Positions 58,385 to 64,000 of a DNA stretch of 64,000 nt are shown here, one piece after another. Position numbers and translations under genes: made by a program. Source of the DNA: Thalassobaculaceae bacterium. Its GTDB lineage: Bacteria; Pseudomonadota; Alphaproteobacteria; Thalassobaculales; Thalassobaculaceae. Numbering within the stretch: the stretch's first letter is position 1; each line of letters begins with the position of its first letter. The stretch lies in the NCBI GenBank assembly GCA_965228875.1, contig OZ245843.1:1036616-1100615 (forward strand). Reading direction: 5' to 3'. The notes under the pieces were generated by a model. That model saw only the letters and a list, made by a program, of their open reading frames with translations. It was not told the origin of the DNA and did no database searches.

Positions 58385-59682
58385 CCCATGCTCTCGCGCC
58401 AGGCGTCGCGCGCCTGGTATCCCCAATAGACCATCTGGGCGTACCACGCCCCGATCGGGCCGCCGACCGGGAACAGGCCGAACGGCTCGAACAGGGTCCA
58501 GCGCTCGTCACCCTCGGCGATGGCCGAGGCGATCAGTTCGCCGCCCATGGTCGTGGTCGCCATGCCGTGACCGCCATAACCCTGGCTGTACCACACACCC
58601 GGGCGCAGGCGGCCGATCTGCGGCATCTTGTGGGCGGCATAGCCCATGGTGCCCGGCCAGGCGACCTCGGCCTTCACGTCGGCAAGCTGCGGGTAGACCT
58701 TGTGCAGGTCGCCCATCATGGTCTCGGCGAGGTGGGCCGGATCGGTCCAGCGGCTGATCCGGCCGCCCCACAGGATGCGGGTGTCCGGCAGCGGACGGTA
58801 GTAGTCGCTGGCGAAGCGGGTGTCGCTGACGCCGTTGGGCAGGCCGATGACGCCGTTCAGACGCTCGCCGACCGGTTCCGTCAGGACCACGTAGGTGCCG
58901 ATCGGAAGCGTGGCGGCGGAGAGGCGCGGAACCAGCCCCTCGATATAGCCGGAGCAGCACACCACGACATGGTCGGCACGGATCGTTCCGGTCGCCGTGT
59001 GCACCCGTTTCGGCTCGGGTGCGAGCTCGATGTGGTTGACAGGGGTGTTCTCGAACACCCGGGCCCCGGCGTCGGCCGCCAGACGGGCATTGCCGCGGGT
59101 GAAGTTGAGGGAATGGAAGGTGAAGCCCTTGGGCCGCCAAAGGCCCTCGAAGTAGCGGCGGCTGCGCCAGATCGAGCGGACCTTCTCGCGATCCCAGACC
59201 TCGATCCCGGCTCCCGTGGTCTCGTTCATCCAGTCGGCTTCGCACTTCACCCCGTCCGGGTCGTCGAACCAGGAACAGGTGACCCGACCATCGACGATGG
59301 GCGCAACGCCGCCGCCGATGCGCTCGGCGCGCGATCGCACCAGCCCTACCGCGTCCTCGCTGAGGCGGTAGAGGCGCAGTGCGTGTTCCCTGCCGACCTT
59401 GGCGATCAGGTCGCGCAGGCCCCGGGAGAACCCGGCCGACACGAAACCGCCGTTGCGGCCCGACGCCCCCCAGCCGATGCGTCGCGCCTCCACCAGCGCG
59501 ACGGACCGGCCGCGCTCGGCCAGACCGAGTGCCGTCGCCACTCCCGCCATGCCGCCGCCGACCACGCACACCTCGACCTCGAGATCGCCGTCCAACGCGG
59601 CGAATGCCGGATCCTCGGCGTCGCGTGTGCGGCTGTAGTAGCTGTCGATATAGCCGTCGAGGCGGTCTGTCGCCGGTGTCAT
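58381..59682 (-). CDS. FAD-dependent oxidoreductase (DAO family, PuuB/OrdL-like)
   Basis: SYY, VVGGGMAG, GASGRNGG and QGYGGHG motifs. Confidence 0.88.
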   Translation of the reverse strand: MTPATDRLDGYIDSYYSRTRDAEDPAFAALDGDLEVEVCVVGGGMAGVATALGLAERGRSVALVEARRIGWGASGRNGGFVSAGFSRGLRDLIAKVGREHALRLYRLSEDAVGLVRSRAERIGGGVAPIVDGRVTCSWFDDPDGVKCEADWMNETTGAGIEVWDREKVRSIWRSRRYFEGLWRPKGFTFHSLNFTRGNARLAADAGARVFENTPVNHIELAPEPKRVHTATGTIRADHVVVCCSGYIEGLVPRLSAATLPIGTYVVLTEPVGERLNGVIGLPNGVSDTRFASDYYRPLPDTRILWGGRISRWTDPAHLAETMMGDLHKVYPQLADVKAEVAWPGTMGYAAHKMPQIGRLRPGVWYSQGYGGHGMATTTMGGELIASAIAEGDERWTLFEPFGLFPVGGPIGAWYAQMVYWGYQARDAWRESMG

Positions 59683-59978
59683 GCGTGCTCCCTGATCTGC
59701 GGATCGCGGTTCGGTCGGCGCAGTGTAGCGGGGAGCGGGGCCGTGATGAACGGGAGGGTTCAGAGCCCCCTGGCGGGGGAACAATGAAGCAACTTGGCGC
59801 GGCGGAAGACCGACCGGCCCCGACCCGGCCGCCGGATCAATGTGATTTTCATACTGATTGCTGTATTGCAATATCGATTTATGAAATGAAATTGAAAAAT
59901 CGAAAGCAGTTATAGATAATGATGTTGTAGGGCGCACTGCCCGCTGGATGCTTTATGCAGAATGCACGGAGCCGTCCC

Positions 59979-61271
59979 ATGAACACCGCCTCGAATACCC
60001 GCCGGCTCGAGCGCCTGTCACAGGACGATCTCGACCGTCTCATCAGGCGCCACGCACGGTTTCGTGACGGCCGCCTCGGAGGGGCGCGGGCTGTCCTGTC
60101 GTTCTTCGACCTGACGTGGCTCGACTTCCACGGCGCCGATCTGACCGATGCCGACTTTACGGGCGCGGCGATGTCGAGCGCCGTGCTGACCGGAGTGACC
60201 CTGGACTACGCGTCGATGTTCGCCGTCGATCTGCGCGGGGCCGATCTCTGCGGTGCCAGCCTGGTGAAGACGGATCTTCGCGGTGCCTGTCTGCGCGGTG
60301 CGAGCATGGTCGGGGCGACCCTGATCGATGCGGACCTTCGGGAAAGCCATCTGGTGGAGCAGGCGGAGGAGGACCGCGACCTGCGCTGGATCGAGATCGC
60401 GCCCTCGGTCTCCGAGATGCACCAGGCCGACCTGGCCGGCGCCGACCTGACCCGGGCCAGGATTTCCGGCGCGGTCTGCATCAATGCCAACTTCTCCGAT
60501 GCGGTGATGCGAGACGCGAGAATGGAGCGCTGCAACCTACGTGGCGCCAACCTGACCGGTGCCAACCTCGACGGCGCGGACCTGAGTTGGGCGCGCCTCG
60601 AGAACGCCGTGCTACGCGATGCCGTCTTCACCCGGATCACAACAAACATGACCGAACTCGGCGGCGCCGACCTGTCGGGAGCACTTACCGACCGGGCGGC
60701 CGGCCGCGCCGCAGATACCTTGGATATCCCGCTCGACATCCGTCTGGACAGTCATGCGCGCTGGATCGCCTCGTCCAGCGCCGACGGGATCCAGCTGGAT
60801 CTCTCGGGGATCGATATGCGGTCTGCGGGTGATCTGGCGCGGGCGGACCTGACGGCGCTGGTCGCCAGGGACGCGGTGTTCTGCGCCATGGACCTGCGCG
60901 GCGTACGCATGGCCGCGGGAACGCTGGCGGGCGCCGACCTGCGGTTCTGCGGGCTCGAAGACGCAGATCTGCGGGGAACCGACCTGAGCGGCGCGCGGTT
61001 GTGCAACGCCCGCCTCGCCGGGGCCAGGCTGCGGTCCCTGGTCATGGAGGGCGGGCGCAGCATTGGCAGCCGTCTGACGGGCTCGGATCTGCGGTTTGCC
61101 GATCTGCGCGGTGTCGACCTGCGCGGTGCCGATCTCAGAGAGGCCGACCTATCGCATGCCGTCCTTCGCGGGGCGGATCTGCGTGGCGCCGATCTCCGCG
61201 ACGCTACCCTGGAAGATCCCGCGTGCGCCGGCGCCCGCGTGGACGAGACGACCCGGCTGCCACAACGGTAG
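59979..61271 (+). CDS. Pentapeptide repeat protein
   Basis: Many A(D/N)Lxx repeats in two blocks; GGAG RBS before 59979; alternative start at 59955. Confidence 0.92.
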   Translation: MNTASNTRRLERLSQDDLDRLIRRHARFRDGRLGGARAVLSFFDLTWLDFHGADLTDADFTGAAMSSAVLTGVTLDYASMFAVDLRGADLCGASLVKTDLRGACLRGASMVGATLIDADLRESHLVEQAEEDRDLRWIEIAPSVSEMHQADLAGADLTRARISGAVCINANFSDAVMRDARMERCNLRGANLTGANLDGADLSWARLENAVLRDAVFTRITTNMTELGGADLSGALTDRAAGRAADTLDIPLDIRLDSHARWIASSSADGIQLDLSGIDMRSAGDLARADLTALVARDAVFCAMDLRGVRMAAGTLAGADLRFCGLEDADLRGTDLSGARLCNARLAGARLRSLVMEGGRSIGSRLTGSDLRFADLRGVDLRGADLREADLSHAVLRGADLRGADLRDATLEDPACAGARVDETTRLPQR

Positions 61272-61300
61272 CCGGCGACGTGACCTCCCATCCCCGTCTC

Positions 61301-61327
61301 AGGCCCGCTTCGGCGGGCCTCTTTTTT
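61301..61327 (+). terminator. Rho-independent terminator
   Basis: AGGCCCGC-TTCG-GCGGGCCT stem with a cUUCGg loop, followed by CTTTTTT. Confidence 0.9.
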
Positions 61328-61412
61328 AGGCGCTCCACGATCGGAGGAGAGCATCCGACCGCATGCGGCCTGTTTGTACTGAGAGGCTCAGAGTGCGCTC
61401 GGAAATGTCTCG

Positions 61413-62027
61413 CTAACGCCAGACCGCCGCGGTCCCGTCGGCGGCGGTTCTCGCCGGCAGAGCGGTTTCGACGGCGTTGCGCGGGGACGCGATGGCCGCG
61501 AGTGGTCCACCGGCCTCGACAAAGGCGCTGTCGGTCAGGTGAGGCGCCCCGGCGCTCTCGACGAACCCGGCAACCTGCGAGAGGACGAAGGCACGTCCGT
61601 CCAGGGCGGCGAGATCGGTGGGATCCTGGTGGAGGATTTCATTGAACAGCGCCAGCGCCTCCGCCGGACGATCCAGATCGACGAGAACCTCGGCCAGGCC
61701 GGCCGTCGCCGCCGGGTGGCCGGGGTCGATCTCAAGCGCCGCGGTCAGAAGATCGGCCGCCTGGTCGACGGCGCCCAGGCGGGCCGCGAGAAGGCCCCAG
61801 CCCGTGAGCGGCTCGCTCGCGCCGGGGAAGGCGTCGTGAGCCTGTCTGTACAGTGCGATGGCAGCGCGGTTGTCTCCGTCCGCTTCCGCCTGACGGGCCA
61901 AAGAGACCAGGGAGGGGGCCGGTTGCGAGGCCGCTGTCTGCGCCGACACGGGGGGAGGGGAGAGTACCGTCAGAACCGCCGCCAGCGCGGCCATCGCGGA
62001 CAGGGTAGATACAACCTTCAACGTCAC
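61413..62027 (-). CDS. Exported tetratricopeptide repeat protein
   Basis: GGAGG RBS, GTG start, signal peptide, TPR-like helices (AIALYRQA..P; ALEIDPGH; ALALFNEIL..DP). Confidence 0.75.
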   Translation of the reverse strand: MTLKVVSTLSAMAALAAVLTVLSPPPVSAQTAASQPAPSLVSLARQAEADGDNRAAIALYRQAHDAFPGASEPLTGWGLLAARLGAVDQAADLLTAALEIDPGHPAATAGLAEVLVDLDRPAEALALFNEILHQDPTDLAALDGRAFVLSQVAGFVESAGAPHLTDSAFVEAGGPLAAIASPRNAVETALPARTAADGTAAVWR

Positions 62028-62261
62028 TCAAGCCTCCGGTTCGACGATTCGAAATCGAGTCGAAAACGCATATCTGAAGGTCAATATAGCAAAAGGCTTT
62101 CAGAACTGTAATCTCCTAATCATCTAGGCAATCGAAGCGTGGCGTGCCGTAGTCCGACGGGCTGGAGACCGGAACGCCACCCTGGCTCCGCTGCCCCACT
62201 CCCATGGCGCCCCGACGCTGATAGGATGTCCGATACAGCGCACATTGACGCGGGAGAGGGC

Positions 62262-63182
62262 ATGCGGATCGTCATCATGGGGGCCGGCGGAGTCGGCGGA
62301 TACTTCGGCGCGCACCTCGCGCAGGCAGGCCACGACGTCGTCTTCGTCGCCCGCGGGCCGCACCTGCAGGCGATGCGGCGGCGCGGACTGCGCCTGGAGG
62401 GGGAGCGGGGCGACATCGTCCTTTCCAACGTGGAGGCCACCGATGACCCGGCGACCCTCGACGGTCCGGCCGATGCCATCCTGTTCGCAGTCAAGCTCTA
62501 CGACACCGAGAGTGCCGGCGCGGCCCTGAAGCCGCTGGTCGGGCCGGAGACGATGGTGGTGAGCCTGCAGAACGGCGTCGACGGTCCCGAACGGTTGGCG
62601 TCCGTTCTCGGCGGCGGTGCGGTCCTGGGGGGCGCCGCATACGTGTCGGCGCTGATCGCGGAGCCCGGAACGGTGCGCTACACCTCCGATATGTCGCGCA
62701 TCGTCTTCGGCGAACTGGACGGGACGGTGTCGGCAAGGGCCGAGGCGCTGGCCGGTGCCTGCGGTGCCGCGGGGTTCGCCGCCGACGTCTCGGCGGACAT
62801 CTGCGCGACCCTGTGGGAGAAGTTCGTCCTACTCGCCACCAATTCCGCGCTGACGAGCGTCCTGCGCAAGCCCGCCGGCGAGATCTACCATGACCCCGAG
62901 CTGGCCGGTATCGCACGCGAGATGATGGAGGAGGTGGCGGCCCTCGCCGCCGCCGAGGGCGTCGCCATCGCGGCTGACACCGTCGACCGGTCGATCGCGC
63001 TCACCCGGACGTTCCCGGCGGGCATGTATGCATCCATGTACCACGACCTGGCGCGCGGGCGGCGGCTCGAGGCGGAGAGCCTGTCCGGCCTGGTGTCGCG
63101 CCGAGGCCGGGCGCATGGCGTGCCGGTACCATTGCACACCATGGCCTGGGCGGCCCTGAAGCCGTGGGTCGACGGGGCCTGA
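62262..63182 (+). CDS. panE: Ketopantoate reductase family protein
   Basis: MGAGGVGG, AVKLYD, SLQNG, WEKF and SMYHDL.GRRLE motifs. Confidence 0.88.
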   Translation: MRIVIMGAGGVGGYFGAHLAQAGHDVVFVARGPHLQAMRRRGLRLEGERGDIVLSNVEATDDPATLDGPADAILFAVKLYDTESAGAALKPLVGPETMVVSLQNGVDGPERLASVLGGGAVLGGAAYVSALIAEPGTVRYTSDMSRIVFGELDGTVSARAEALAGACGAAGFAADVSADICATLWEKFVLLATNSALTSVLRKPAGEIYHDPELAGIAREMMEEVAALAAAEGVAIAADTVDRSIALTRTFPAGMYASMYHDLARGRRLEAESLSGLVSRRGRAHGVPVPLHTMAWAALKPWVDGA

Positions 63183-63186
63183 GCCG

Positions 63187-64000
63187 TCAGTCGGACGATC
63201 TGCGTCCCTTGTCCGCGGCGCCTTCGTAGAGGATGCCGTCACGCCGTCTCAGTGCCTCGCGGCACCGCTCGATATCGGCGGCTGCGAACCCGCCCCGCGG
63301 TCGTCCGATGAGCTCGAAATTGCCGAACCGGTCGGTGCCGCTGGCCAGGACGGACATCGTCTTCACCCCCGAGGTCTGTCGCATGCTCGGCTTGATGTAG
63401 CGGATGGCGAGGCCGATCCGGCGATCGTCGGAGCCGTTGGGGTGGGAGGCGTGGAAGATCCGACCGTGATGCAGGGACATCTCCCCCGGCTGTAGTTCGA
63501 CATCGACCGCGTCCGCGTCATCGACCTCCACGGCGATCTCCTGGCCGCGCGTGAGCAGGTTGTCGGGGTCGAACGTGTCGGTGTGGGGCACGATCTCCTG
63601 GGTGTGGCTGCCGGGCACGAAGCGCATGCAGCCGCTCTCGACGGTCGCGGGCGACAGCGCCACCCAGGCCGTCACCTTGTCGGTCTGGTCGAGGCCCCAG
63701 TAGGTGAGATCCTGGTGCCAGGAGACGAAGCTCTTGGTCCGTGGTTCCTTGGTGAAGAAGGAGCAGGCCCAGACCAGCAGGTCGTTGCCGAGGATCTCCG
63801 CGACCGGTCCGACGACGGCGGGGTCGCAGACAGCATCGTAGTATTCCGGGATCATCATGTGCGGCATGCCGACGACCATGGCCTTGATCTCGGGGCTCGG
63901 CGCGTTGGCTTCGCCTTCCTCCAGCAGCCGACGCAATGTGGCGGCATGGCCGGTGTCGAGGGCGCGGATCGGAAAGGCGTAGCCGTCGCGGTCGAAACTT
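63187..64000 (-). CDS. Phytanoyl-CoA dioxygenase (PhyH) family protein, 5' end outside window
   Basis: Frame open to the window edge (FDRDGYAFPIR); WHQD, AWVAL, GCMRFVPGSH and HHGRIFHAS motifs. Confidence 0.88.
   Translation of the reverse strand, partial: SFDRDGYAFPIRALDTGHAATLRRLLEEGEANAPSPEIKAMVVGMPHMMIPEYYDAVCDPAVVGPVAEILGNDLLVWACSFFTKEPRTKSFVSWHQDLTYWGLDQTDKVTAWVALSPATVESGCMRFVPGSHTQEIVPHTDTFDPDNLLTRGQEIAVEVDDADAVDVELQPGEMSLHHGRIFHASHPNGSDDRRIGLAIRYIKPSMRQTSGVKTMSVLASGTDRFGNFELIGRPRGGFAAADIERCREALRRRDGILYEGAADKGRRSSD

Noticed and set aside
59784..59915. 43 aa Cys-containing ORF (MKQLGAAED...)
   Set aside because: Runs through the AT-rich promoter region with atypical codons; likely spurious
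59916..59934. Fur-box-like GATAATGAT
   Set aside because: Only a half-site; the second half does not match
59979..61271. Qnr/MfpA-type quinolone resistance linked to parE
   Set aside because: About 14 kb from parE, different size and architecture; no specific evidence

Overview
High-GC, gene-dense alphaproteobacterial chromosomal region. It is most consistent with a Rhodospirillales-type genome (glnB-glnA with a sigma-54 promoter, stand-alone parE, tRNA-His retaining G-1/C73). I see no IS elements, prophage, integrase or CRISPR array. Main contents in order: (1) a partial ABC exporter; (2) an orphan fliG, downstream of an uncharacterised three-gene MotA/TolQ/ExbB-type membrane module; (3) a haloacetate-dehalogenase-like hydrolase; (4) a RutR-controlled pyrimidine ring-opening and uptake cluster followed by an M24 peptidase and a racemase/isomerase; (5) a MacAB/LolCDE-like exporter; (6) a long minus-strand run mttB-like, stcD-like, second OYE, Ldh_2, glpD, glpK, argE; (7) two LysRs and a PAS-degenerate GGDEF-EAL gene; (8) assorted catabolic enzymes, parE, glnB-glnA, a LysR/small-protein pair and tRNA-His; (9) nnr, puuB-like-gnd-gntK, a pentapeptide repeat protein, a TPR protein, panE and a partial PhyH dioxygenase. 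The best candidate for an undescribed system is the 2765-4521 ion-motor-like trio next to the solitary fliG. Notable non-coding signals are a CtrA-like element shared by fliG and the EAL gene, an RBS-sequestering hairpin on the EAL gene, and a recurrent PhaR-like palindrome. All calls come from motif recognition by eye; no database searches were run.
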